DNA of 63,655 bases, counting the filler, from Pelomyxa schiedti (taxonomy: Eukaryota > Protista > Evosea), in the NCBI GenBank assembly GCA_020536535.1. It is 3 parts of 3 records of this genome, joined end to end, with 100 filler letters (N's around TTAATTAATTAA, not from the genome) between each part and the next. Parts side by side here need not be neighbours in the genome. Positions count along the whole stretch, not along the records: positions 31,289 to 61,348 come from JAHLWZ010000563.1; 2 more parts are not named here. One strand, 5' to 3'. Below the pieces are notes generated by a model, which saw only the letters and a list, made by a program, of their open reading frames with translations, searched no databases and was not told the origin of the DNA. Position numbers and translations under genes: made by a program. Below are positions 45,848-58,518 of the stretch, piece after piece. Position 1 is the first letter of the stretch, and each line of letters begins with the position of its first letter.

Positions 45848-48800
45848 TCAGTGCTCAGAAAGCGTACTCACTGCCCAGAATCCAGCTCCATACCTTTTTT
45901 GGTGTTTTGTAATCAAATTGTTTGAAGAGGGGTACTTGTCATCCATGGTGGGGAAGCGAGAGCGAATTTCCACTCCACAATCATTGCCGAGAGTGCAAAC
46001 AGTGAGCCCGTTTATAATGACACTGTGGTCCCACTCCTTTTGTTTTGTTGTTATGAGGTAATTTGAGGTGGGAGAGACAAAATCGTGATGGAATGACATT
46101 ATACATACAGCGGATTCTCCATCAAGAACAAAGTCATACATTGTGCCAACAAACAGTGATGTTGGCTGTTTGACCTCCACAGGCCTCGTCCACTTTCCAT
46201 CCATGAAAATGGGATGCCCTGTTGTCAGTCCTACGTTCTGGATAAAGACTAAATTGTATTGCTTGTTGACAGCCCGTGTTCGAACTTGTATCACTGTGCG
46301 GGGTTTCATCTTGACTCCTGACAAAACACAGTCACCTGGTTGAATATCTTCCACTGTTCTGTTGTTGAAGTTATTGTAGGGTGTTAACTTCCGTTTACAT
46401 ATGGGAAGAGTGAGGCAACTTATGAGACAAATCAGCTAGAAGCACTTTTCCGTCTCCCAAAAAGCAGCCGCACCCCGGCTCCGGTGGCTAGAAGGAAAAA
46501 AGTCAAGGAGAAAGTGAGGAAGTTCAAGGAAGGCCGATTTTTACGGGCAATTGGGGGAGCCGATACTTGACAACCCCTGGAGTTGGATTCACCCATTCTG
46601 CAAGTCTCCCATTTCTTTTTATCCCTTCGTGTATTAAAAAAGAAGCACATGAAGTAGAGCCAAGCATATTTACATAAGAGCTTCAAGTTCCCCCTGTGCT
46701 GTTCCCAGTCCGACGGCTGACTACGTCATTTATTTAGTTGGGGGTTTTCAGGAAAGTATCTCCTCAACCTGTCAGCAGGAAAGTGTGGCAGCCAAGCTTC
46801 ATTGAGGCCCGTCAGTCGATAGAACTCTTTGGAGACCTTGTAATGTTGTGTTGGCGTTTCGATTTTTATTGATTATGGGGTGGCAACCCTGCCAAGTCGG
46901 CACAAATCCGCTGGGCGGAGGAACGCGAAGACAAAGAGCCAACAAAAATCAGGCAACACCCTTGGACTTGAATATGCAGGCAGAAGAGTGACACAAAAGG
47001 CATCCCCCAAGACATCACTTTGAAGTCTCCGCCACATTCCAGATGCAACAACTATCGTGGCAGAACCCTCGGATATCGGGGTGACAGAGTGGAACTGCAC
47101 AGCGAAGAAAAGCAAAGGAAGTTAAGCACCAACCCCAAACCTCCGCGGGGACCAGCAAACCTCTCTGGCAGCAGGAGTGTCTTGAGTTGCAACTTGAGTC
47201 CAAGAAAAGTTCTTCAAATCAAGCCTAAAAAAGAAACCAATTAGGGACTTTGCTGTGAGAGCGGAATGCACACACAAAAAGAACTCACACACGGGATTGC
47301 TGTTTGTGGAAGACACCAGCACAAATTTCTCCTCCTCGCGCTCAGAGAGGAAGCACCCAACGTTCCCTCTCTGCGGTGTCGGGTGTTGTGCCCCAGTTGG
47401 TGTGATTGCTTCCCATCTTCGTTTGGGTGGAGACGAACCAAGTCCATGAAGATTAAGTGCCCAAATATCATCAAGTTTGGTGTTGTTAGCTGCTATTCCT
47501 CCATAAACAATCAACATTCCATTCCTGAATGATGAGATCATGCTTGTGAATCACTGTGTGAATAGAAAATAGCTCGGGGAAAAACCTTGTTACAAATGAA
47601 GAATGGTGATATCGTGGTGTGGGGGTGTTCTCCGTCGGAATTTCGTTCCATTCTTTGCTTGAGATGTTGTAGACTTCCACACAAAGAAAACAGTGATTTT
47701 TCATATTGTTGGGGGAGAAGAGATACCATGCAAGGTGTTACAAGCTCCGACAGTGTAAGAATTTCCTCCAAACAAGAAAAGATTGCCACAGAAGCTGTGT
47801 GGGGTGTAAGTTTCTCTTCAAAAGTTTCAGACACACTTCACGAGAGAGGCACCATGTTTTGGTGTGGGCAGAGCTGTGGTACAATTGGTGTTGAGAGAGG
47901 ACCACAGAAATGTCGCCATGTCAAATTGAAAGAAATCATTCGTGTCATCATTGGCACATCCACCAAAAAGATAAACGGTGTTTTGGCAGCGGCTACTTGC
48001 TGGGAAGCAGGACGATACCAGCGGTGGCAATTCACTGTTTTGAATAGAATCTGAAGTTGATAATGGTGATGCAGTCAGGGGTGTCGGCAGTTCGGAGGAA
48101 ACAAGTGATTCGAGCTGAGGATCACAACCATTTGCCACATCTTGATGCAAGATGACAGAAGAGTGCTCCTCCAGCGCCAGAACTGGACGTATTTCTGGTC
48201 TTCCAGCGTTCTTTTCTTCTCCACCAGATTCCTTATGTCTTCTCTCACATGTTATTGGTGGAAACCATTGCTTTGCTTTCATATCAAATCGCTGCACACA
48301 GTGATGTGCATTTGCGTTCATGCCACCAAAGAAAAAAAGGGTGCCATTAAAGTGATGACACACGTGGCCATAACTGCTCAAAATCAGTGTCCTGAAACAA
48401 TCAATAACTGTCTACCAGAGAAATTCTGGATTGGTTGAGCCGTTTCCAAAAATAGGAATACAACGCGGCGCATCAACTGATGCAAAAGGCTTGGCAGTGT
48501 TCATTGCTTGTTGTAACGTAGATGGCAGGAGGGAACTTAAAAAGCCTAAAAAGTTTTGGTCAGTACAAAAAAAAGAAGGGCAATGGGACAAGTACCAAGA
48601 AGCCCAGTGGGCTGTGTGGGCTGTGAGTCTATTATCTGATCACATACCTGCGGTTCCAGAAGAGAAGTATATTCTGGGCCCTCAAAGACAAGTTCTGGAA
48701 TGGTACGACAAGGGTGTCTGTAGAGCCTTTCGTGGATATTGTATAAAGATTCCTGGATACGTGACACCAGAATCTTGATATTTGTTTTCTTCAAGGCACT

Positions 48801-49657
48801 CACTTCAACGTAACTGTCAGCCCCAAAGTAATCTGCATACTATTGCGTTTCACATTATGCTTTGCCTTTGGATTGACATTTAAATGAAATTATGGATTTT
48901 ACTCTTCTGCAAGTTTTCAGTGGTATAGACGATTTTGATCTTAAGTCCTGTTGCAGGCCCACAAGGATGTATGCCCTTGGTCTCCTGCGTTCTTTTTCCT
49001 CACGCTTTGATGAAGGGAAAGTCTTTTGAGGAAACTTAGTTGAAGGCAACACCTGGATGGTTTTTCATACGTCATTTGCTATTGCAAGTAGGGAATCAGG
49101 TTGATTGATGTCGAAGCAAAGAAGACAGAGTTCACAGAACCGAAGTGCATTCCACTCTTGTTGTTTGACATTAAACATGCAACTACATGAAACTAATGCC
49201 GGTGGGTGTTCAGTTCAACGATCAAAAAAGGATTTACCAGCCATGATTGCACTCAATACTGTGCCGTGAGCTGGGGTTTTTTTTAGCCTCTTAAAAGAAG
49301 GCTCGATGACGATTCCATACCGGTGTAATCGAAGAAAGCTGGGGGAGTATACCTTGCAATCCGAGCCCTGAAACAAAAAGGCTTACCGCGTGTGTCCCGT
49401 GCACATTGGGTAACAGTGGCAATAGCATCAAGCAATGTGCACTAACGAACACGTGAGTTTCTATTAAGATTGACAGTGCACAAATAGTAAGGTGGCGAGC
49501 CAAAATTTATGGTTCTGGAGCATCAGATGGCCAGGCGTACTTTTCCAACGCCATGCTTACCCCAAAGAACCACGTTGGGAATAAGTAGGTACCCCCGGCG
49601 CAGGGTCTCCGTGGCAGTCATTGGCTCACCCAACCCTCGACTAACGTCCTTGTTCAT
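45848..49657 (-). CDS. Atypical Rho-like GTPase + Kelch propeller + F-box + C-terminal Hint (Vint-like) domain
   Basis: VVLWGKHGVGK-CTLL, YTPPAFFDY, LCLLCFDI, ILVGLQQDLR, YVEVSAL; Kelch FFGG/LFGG/VYGG with W; F-box LPDFCWLFVFAFL..DLCRLGRVSKEF; GCFLGDGKVLLADLSHKTVEDIQPGD, TTGHP, MYDFVL, INGLTVCTLG. Confidence 0.75.
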
Positions 49658-49849
49658 CTGTATCTTTTGATACTCTGATCATTTCCGTGCACCTGTGAAC
49701 TGGAGGTACTCCCGCTCAGCTTGTCCCTCAAGAAGAGTGGAGTGGGATGGATCACTTTCCGAGGAGAACAGAAATCAATCACACAAGACCAGATACTGTA
49801 GCTACGCAGCAGGCGAGTTTTGATTTCTCACAGGCGGAACACAACAACA
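49658..49849. promoter_or_regulatory. Short divergent (probably bidirectional) promoter region
   Basis: About 190 bp between head-to-head ATGs at 49657 (-) and 49850 (+); no specific motif identified. Confidence 0.4.
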
Positions 49850-51200
49850 ATGGGGAGGGCGTTGTGGTTCGGGACGTGGCCCGAGATCTACGTGATGTGT
49901 GCGTGCTGCGGGGTGATACTGTACATGCTGAGGAGGATAAGGCAAAGGAAGGAGGTCAGGCGGTACAATGTAGTAATTGTTGGTGGCGACTCGGGTTTCG
50001 GCTTAGCCATGGCCAAGGCCTTTTTACGGTGGCGTACAATGCTTTTTTTTTTTTTTTTTTTTTTATCAATTTTTGTGAAAGTAACGCTTCTGCAGAATGG
50101 GTGATAGAGTGCTTATATGGTACACGTTTCGCTTTTTATTGTGAAGTCTCATTTTTTGGCTTTTTCTTGCAGTGGTACAAACAGTTTGAAACTTCAAGCA
50201 GCACAACAGGAGTTGCAACGATATGGCGCGAATATCTTCTCACTTGCATGTGATATTAGAAAAGCTTCTGTATAATCCATCCCGTTCCCTGCCCGATTGT
50301 AACCCACGATGATAGGATGTGCGAGGTTTGAGAAAGCATGCAGTAACTTGTCTCAAAACTGTTGACATCTGGGTCAATAATGCTGGTGTAAATCAAGAAA
50401 AACAATCGCCTCTGACAGATGTTGGTGAAACTGAGATGAGAACCGTAGTGGAGACAAACCTTATCGGGACAATATTATGCTGCAAGGAAGCACTCACTCT
50501 GATGATAAAGTACCTTCCTACTATGAATGACCTCTCATCTCACTATAGACAAAATGGTGGTGGACATATTTTCAATGTGTCCGGTGCAGGTGGAAAGGGC
50601 CAAGGAACTCCGCAGCACGCAATCTATGGAGCCACAAAAGCTGCAATTTCTCAACTCACTCAATCATTGGCTTCAGAAGCGCATAAAGAGGTTGATAACG
50701 TTGGTGTCCACTTGGTATCACCAGGGGTTATGATGCCCACAAAAATTTTGTTGGGTGCCAGTCAAAGGTAATCAAATAGCTGTTAACTTTACCTCCTTTT
50801 TTCGTTTTTCCCTTCTAACATTCACACAGACTTCCACCAAGCCAGGTTAGACTTTTCAATGCACTTAGTGTGGACCCTGATGCCGTTGCCGAATACCTTG
50901 TACCTCGTATGCGGATAACCAGAGGAAAAACCAGTACTCTGACCTACAGAGGGAAAATCGGTTTGATGGTCTCAATGGTCCTGGCATATGTCATTTTGCC
51001 TTGTTTGCCAGCAGTATTGCTGCGAATATTTGGCTGGGATGCCAGCCACCGTGCTTTCTCCAGTGACGGGTGTGGAATGCAAATTGCTATTATGTGACTA
51101 ACTGTGACCCAAAGGCAACCTGCACACAAGCAACGGTCCTATGTCGCCGAGCACAACCTCAGCTGAAACAAAATCTTCTCACAAAAAGTACCCAATAAAG
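49850..51200 (+). CDS. Membrane-anchored short-chain dehydrogenase/reductase (NOL/NYC1-like subfamily); 3' end approximate
   Basis: GGDSGFG, VDIWVNNAG, TNLIG, GHIFNVSGAG, YGATKAA, VHLVSPG, VAEYLVPR. Confidence 0.82.
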
Positions 51201-51249
51201 CAAGGCTTCAAATCCAACTCTGGGAAATGCCTATCAGACCTGTTCAACC

Positions 51250-53064
51250 ATACATAATGGACACCTCTTTTGCTTCCCTCCTATTCCCTTAAAAAATAAA
51301 CCAAGAGTTCTATCCTATTTCCACTGTAATTCCATTCACCCAAAAAAGGAATGCTTGGTTCGCCCTTCATTTGGCATCAGCATTTCCCGGTCAGTTATTC
51401 AAGGGAGACCAAGGAGGAAGTAGAGGTCACCAACGAGAAAGCGCACTTTGTCAATGCCAGATTTGGTGCCAATTTGAGCTTTGACGGCACTAACAACAGA
51501 ATCCAGGGGGTCGTTGCCTTGCATTATCTGGTCCACAATGGTGTTTTCAGTTTCATTGAGGGTGTGTTGAGGTGGAAGCCCGGCTTTCCGCTTCTCAGCC
51601 ACGTCTGCAAGCTTTTGGGCTGTAACGGCCGCATTTCTAAACAGTTGCGAGGAGAATTTATCCAGCCGTGCTCGGAGTGACTGCTGCATCACTGCGGCTT
51701 TGTGATCATCCAATTTCCCGGAAAGAACCATGCTCCAGACCTGTGTTATTGTGAGTAAGTAATCAAGAATATTTGCAAGAGGATTGTGTGTCATTCAGGT
51801 ACATACATCCCTTTCTTGAAACACCAGGTCAGAATTCCCACGCCCGGTTTTAAGATACCACAATGTCTTCACTTTGTACATCGCTCCCGTGGAAAATCGG
51901 ATGACAAATCCCTCTATCTATTATGGGGTTGTTGGTGAAGATCAATTATGTGGAATACCTCTTCTTTGGAAACCAGTTCCCGTATCAGTGATTCATTTGT
52001 AGCAGAGGGTTCAGTTGATGGAGTATACGTAGTCACGCAGGGAACGTTATACTCTCTGGCAAAGAGTTGGTTGCGGACGTATGAGATGAAAAGTCTCGAA
52101 CCGGGCAGCTGTAGCCATCTCAGAAAATTGCATATATTCACCAGTGCGTCGATGCCTGATTGCAGTAAGGGTCAATTGGTCTTCAGTGTACTGCACAACA
52201 AGCTTCTTGGTTGGCGAGCAGAATTCAAAAAGCTAACAAAGAAGCATTTGAAATGAGTGTCACCATGTGAGAGTGCAGGTCAATTTAAATGTAGGTTCAA
52301 CCGGAGTGTAGCCGGCTGAAACAAAGTGCTGGCAGAGGTCAAAATACCTCCACCCTCTTTCCTGGCATGTCCTTGCAGTATTCTCCGCCGCTTTTGCCAG
52401 CTTCCCACCACTTCCAGTCTTTCCTCCAAACATCAAATGACCTTTCGATATCAAAGCACATATTGGTACACCATCCAATTTCTAAAGTGGCACACAAAAC
52501 AATGTCACTGGCTGCACATTTTTTAATGATCTACCTGCAATATAATATGTGGTGTGCTGAAATCCAATCTATCTTGGTCTGTCTCATCAAGCTCGTTGAC
52601 ATTGAAGAATTTGTGAAAGCCTCTAGCAATAACAGTTCCTGTTCAAACGATCAGATCGGTGTCTTCAAATTCTGGCATTTCATTTTTTTTTTTTTTGAAT
52701 CATTTTCGCTTATTCCAAAGCATATGTAAAGTATATAATTACCACTGGATTTTTGAAATACCAGTCCTCGGCATTCCCTTCTTATCATGTAATTCTCCCT
52801 CTCTTGTGGAGTGAGGCCTGGTCCAAAAGGGTCTGGAAATGCATCACAGTGTCCGAATCGGTAATTAAATACAATTTCGTCCTCCTTTGTAGCCTGCGAA
52901 CAAACGTAAGGAAAGGTCCACACTGGGACAAAAAAAAAACTACGGGAAGAAAGAACCTCAGTGAAAAATGCACAACCAGCGATGGCAGACCTCACTTGTT
53001 CTATACTGTCAATTATGGGAAATAAACTCGACCCAGAAGACGTGGCTGCTGCAGTCGCCGCCAT
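51250..53064 (-). CDS. T4 Rnl1-type ATP-dependent RNA ligase, multi-exon; 3' end approximate
   Basis: VFNY, RECRGLVF, RGFHKFFN, motif I KLDG, TPV-FEF, LTAIRH..TG, EGFVI, YKVK..WY, LDD. Confidence 0.8.
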
Positions 53065-53273
53065 TATCCAGTTATGAGAAACGTATGCGCGGAACAACAA
53101 AAATTTCAATCAAGGCTGTTTTAGTTTACAGTGTTGTGAGATGAGTGAATAATGACTGGGTGTTGTAGTATGTACAACAGGTGGATTCACAGAGGTGGAC
53201 TATAGAAGTACAACAAATGTAACAACATTCTCAAGGCGCATTTCTGAACAGAGGTGTCAGCCACTGAGCCGGG

Positions 53274-56200
53274 TCAGGTGTTTGATCCTGTAGAGGGTGT
53301 GATGGGAGCCTGACTGTGTGTATTGATTGGTTTGCTTGTGGGTGAACTTCGGTATCTGGAGTTTGTGGTTGCTGCGGCAGTTGTTGGGCTTCTATGGCGG
53401 GTGGTTGAAGCTGATAATGGCAGCTGTGAAGCTGCCGTTGGATTTGAGCGCGGGAAGAGAAGGCCGGCCGACTGATGATTTGGCGGATGCGATGAAGTGC
53501 TGCTGGTGAAGTGATAAGGCTGGGTACTTTTGGCCAAGGAGTTGGCAGAGTGAATCTGGAACGGGTGGGAAATGCCGGTGGATTTGAAGGCTCCAAGGGA
53601 GGAGTCACTGCTGAAAAGGGTTGGATTACGCATAGCCGGTGCAAGTGTACTTCTTGTGGAGCTAAGGTACTGGGATGCGGCGGAATTTGTTGGGTGTGGG
53701 TTGATGTTTGGCGGATGATGGCGAGAGGGTTTGTGCATCCTGTTCAGGAAATCAGGTTCATCTTCACTCCCATCAATTCCTAGTCGCTGTTGGATGCGCT
53801 GTTGTTCCAGCAGCTCCGCTTTCAAAGCAAGCACCGACATCTCAGAGTCATGTAACTTTTTCTGTAAGTCCACGTTCTCTGACTGGACAGACTGCAAAGT
53901 TTGCTCAAACTCGGTTGCTGATTTTGTGGCCGTTTTCCTGTGGTCCTTTACCAAAGCAACTGCTTCACAGACAGCATCAGTTCTTTCTTGGATCATTGCA
54001 TTGAGGTGTGTTATTCTTTCATCGCGCTTTGTCACATCTACTTTCAAAGAAGCCAGGCTGGACTGTGCCCTCTTCAGTTCAGCTTCTGATATCAAAAGAC
54101 GGCTTTGCTGCAGTTCTAGCTGTTGATTGAGTTTTTTATTGTTCTCCTCCAGAACTTGACACTTTCCTTCCAACACACTCAATGCATGTTCCCACTGCCT
54201 CTTTTCTTTTTGGTGGGTTTCATGCTGCGACCAGCCTTGTTTCTTGAGCATTTCAATTTCTTGCTGCAGTTCTTGCAAGCAAGATTCATTGTTACTAGTT
54301 TCGTTGGCCTCAACGGGAGAAGCTTTCAGCGCATTGAGTGCTGTCTGTTGCTCTTGCACAGTGGCAGAAAGCTTTTTGTTTTGAAGGGTCAACTTCTTAA
54401 TATGAACCAAGAGAGTTCTTTCCTTCTCCCGCAATTTGTCATTGAGCTCAGGATCATGTGTGATGTTCTGTGGTGTATCTCTTGCAGCAGTGGAGAGCCT
54501 GGAGCTCTCAAAGTCAGAGGGTTGATGAGAAGTGGGGTGACTGGTTATTGGGGACTCCTTCGCGAGCTTGTACTTGTCGAGCTCTTTTTTTGTTACTTGG
54601 AGGGCGGCTCTCAGTTTTTTAATATGTGCTCTCAACTTTGCACATTCATCTTGTGTAGGAACTTTGCCAGGATCCACCTCTTGTTGTGTAATTCTTTTTG
54701 CCATTTTATCGTTGTTAGATTTTAGAAGAGACAACTCTTGCTCTTGGGAGGAAAAGTTTTTCTTCAGAGTATCGTTTTCTTGTTGTAAATCAAGTACAAC
54801 AGCAGCCAATTTGGAAGATTTTTCCATGTGAATTTGAGCGTCTTGTTTTGCTGCACTTAGTTCTTCACGCACTGCAGTAATAAGAGTTTCTTCATCAAAG
54901 CGTTTTCTTTCAACATCAGACCGTGTTTTATGCAGGGCATCTTCATTTTCGTGAGCAATTGCCTCCAGCTGTTCACACTTGGAAGTGGCACTTGCAAGTT
55001 GGGATTCAACCTCTGCCAAGTGGCTAAGTCGTTGTTGCTGCAGTTCGATTTGTTCCTGCTGTTGCTTGATTTGTTTCTGAAGCTCTTCTTCTTGGAGATG
55101 AAATTCTTCCTCTTTGCGATGATGCTGTTGTACAAGAGTTTCAGTTTGCGATTTAGTGATTTGCAGCTCGTTGGTTAGAGATTTGATGTTCTCTCGAAGC
55201 TCCAAGAGAGTGTTGTCATCGTGCAGTGGAACTCCCACAGGGATATTTACCTCTCTTTGTTTGTTCATTTCATTAGAGGCCTTCAGGGATTTTCGAAGAC
55301 CCTCACATTCTTTCTCAAGTTCATTGATGCGGTACTCAAATTCCTTTGGGGTACGTTGCAGATTGTGCAACGACTTGCTGGTAGAAACGGAAATTTTGGT
55401 GGGTGGATGATTACAGTTCGAGCCAGAGGACCTCCCCTCTGGATCACTACTATTGGCTAAAGCTGTGTCTGAAAATGTTGTATATGGTTTCTTGCTTTGA
55501 TTTCTTGTTCCAATAGAATTGGATTCATACCGAACCGGCATTTTAATTCCGATGGGGGTTTCATCTCCTGAGGGGGAGGTACGTCCATCTAGTGATGGTT
55601 TTTTCCCATTTGGGGCCACAGTTGGCTCGCGGTCACTTTCGAATTTCGAAACTTGTGCTTCGGGTTCTTTGTTAGAGCGCTGTTGTTCACGAGATACATC
55701 TTCTCGATCGTAGCTGTCCTCACTTGAAGCACCATCGTTATTACTATTATGTTGAATCCGTGTTGTGTCATGGTCCTGGGTGCCACTTCCATCTGAACTT
55801 CTGTGGAGGAATTTTGGGCTGCCAGAAGATGGTGGTGGGATGGGCTGTATTGCCCCAAAACTATCACCAGATGTTTCTGTATGTGGAGGTGCTGCACTAA
55901 ATTTTAACTTGACTTGGCCTTCTCTACTAGAACCAGCGTTGCTCTGAGGATCATCATTTCCACTTGCTTGTTCTTCCACTACTGTAGCGGTAGCAGCACA
56001 GTCCGCTGTATTGTTTTCGTGAGGAGTGCCTTTCTGCTGAGGTGTGTACAGTATCATTGGATGGTCTTCAGCAGCATATTCAATGCCATCATCCCAGTTG
56101 CTATAACTGCGTTCTGAAGAGCCTGGATTTTCAGGTCTCTCGGCCTTTCTTACATTATCTCTAGAACCGTAAGAATTTTTAGGTTCCTCGGCATTATCCT

Positions 56201-58393
56201 CAGATCCGTTCCCGGCCCCTTGTCCGTTCTCAGCACTGCCAACATCATCATTGGTTCTATCGCCACTCTCTCGAGAGGGATCTTCCTCGCAGCTGTTCCC
56301 CCTTGCCTTTCTCGTGGTGTTTGCGTTACCAGTGGGATTGGGGACCTGGTAATTGCCATTGCTTTCCTCTTGCGCAGTCTCGTAGCTCCTTTCAGCTTGT
56401 TCACTGTCATAACTTCGTTCGTCACCTTGCTGCTCATTTGTATAACTTCTTTGATCATCATTGTTTTGTTCTTCATCATAGCTTCTCTCACCCTCCTCTT
56501 GCGTGTAGCTCCGGCTTCGTTCATCATTATCTTCTTCAGTGACATAGCTTCTATCGTCATTATCTTGTTCTGCGGCAGAGCCTCTATCGTCATTATCTTG
56601 TTCTGCAGCAGAGCCTCTATCGTCAGCTTGCTCAGTGGCATAACTTCTCTCATCTCCCTCAGGAGTGTTACCCTCGTTCTCACTTTCCTCTTCTTGCTGG
56701 CTTGGATCACTGTTTCTCCTTCCTTTTTCGCTGGCACCACCTGCCACAGGGGTACCACTGCCACTGTAGTCTGAACGAGTACCCTCTGCTGCTTCAACAC
56801 TGCCACTGGCACTTCCAGAAGACGCGTCGTTGGTTGCAGTGGTTGTATCGCTGAGAAGAAATAAAGTGAGCAGTGATCTGGTAGTGGCTTCTGCATTGGG
56901 CATGTCTGGTTTGATATGTGTGACTGCACCTGTAACTGCTTGAATTATATTCGATTTTGTCATCTTATTTGTGGCGGAAAACTTGGAAACAGTTCTGAAA
57001 AGTAGAAACAGGGCATTGACAAAATTTCTGTGCACCTCAATGAGAAATATTAAAAAGGAATTCACTTCAACTTTGTGGGTGGGCTCAGCAAGGACATCAC
57101 CTTCATTAACATAACTTGTTCATCAGAAGGAGGTAGATTTTCTGTGAGAAAACATTGGTTCCATATGTATGTACTATTCTTGAAGCATAATGAATGAACC
57201 TTGTATGCTGAGGTTTTTACTTGGTAAAAGTGGTTCTGGTAATTCAACAAGAAACCTGGGGATCAGGAAGGAAAACGGGAAGAAAAAAAAAAAAGCACAT
57301 ACAGTTTAATGGTACATGCTACAATGTGAGGGTTTGTGTCAGGTGGGAAAATAAAATTCTGCCCTTCTGTAAAAGTAATAAGGACATTGTCCCACTTTCC
57401 AGGTTCCAGTCAAAGGGTGACAAACCTTTTTCTATGGTTTCTCTCACAGAAAGGAGTAAATCTGGGGAAACACTTTGCTTGAATAAATACTCAGCTTCCA
57501 ATCCTTGTGTAGAATAAATAAGGAGAGAACTCTCAAACTCATCAAATGAAACATGCACATTTAACAGATGAAGATGCAGGGAAAAAAGAGTGGAAATTAC
57601 CGTTCTTTGAGATCCATTCAAAGCAATGTGAAATGAAAACTGGGATGTCAGAGGATTTATTCACAGGCTGGTCTAAGAGGGTTTGCAAGGGAAGGCCAAA
57701 AACTTGATTCTCTTTTGGTGGTTTGATCACACCAGCAGATGAAGTCTGTTGTTTTGGCACTGGTCACAAATGATGTAGTGTATGCAATATTGTAGTACCG
57801 GATTTGGGACAAATGCTGCTGCAATGTGAAGCTCACCTTGGACTTTCTTGCTGTTAGGACTTGGAGGCGAAAGAGGGACCCATGAATCACAGGGGTTATT
57901 TGCTTGTACAATGATTTGGCCAAGTTGATTGTCAGCCCCAACTGTGAAGAACAGTGAGAAAACAAGGAATTGTAAATCCACTTCAACCTTTGCAGTGATC
58001 GAAAAGCTGAACAATGAATATTTCAACCAGGCTGAATACCTGACTGCCAATATAAGTGTAGTTTAATTGTCAGTTAGCCGAGTTAGAAGTAAATCACGGC
58101 AGACTCACAGATGGAACAAGTGATTCCATTGGGGATTGGGACCCTTGACAGTAGGTGATCTCTCATACAGTGGCATGTGCTCCCTCTTCACGATGATATA
58201 AGTCGCCAACCCCCCTTTCGTGGCGTTTAATTTTGGTGCCCAATTAATAGCTAAAGAGGGAAAAAAAAAACCAACCTAATGGTGATTTCAAGTTCCTGGC
58301 CTCGACAACTAACACAGACGTAAGCCCCAAAGAACAAAACAAAGCACTGTCTTTACCTCGCAAAGCCAACGTTCCCAAGATACCACCACTCAT
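53274..58393 (-). CDS. C2 domain + RhoGAP-like domain + acidic disordered linker + long coiled coil
   Basis: MSGGILGTLALRVVEARNL..NPQWN..GELHI (C2); VFGLPL..IPVFISHCFEWI..GLEAEYLFK..NKMTKSNI (RhoGAP fold); 1263-aa terminal ORF. Confidence 0.78.
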
Positions 58394-58518
58394 CTATATT
58401 CACACCTTCAGCGATGGCACCGAGAGGCCTCTCACCGTCGTCCGCCGATTTTTTTATTTTGTCCTTTTCGCTGAACAGCATTGAAATTTTTCTTCCCGAA
58501 AAACCTTGAAAAACGAGT

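Noticed and set aside
45848-46490. Hint domain as a mobile intein
   Set aside because: No endonuclease, no His-Asn/nucleophile junction, no substantial C-extein, and it is interrupted by spliceosomal introns
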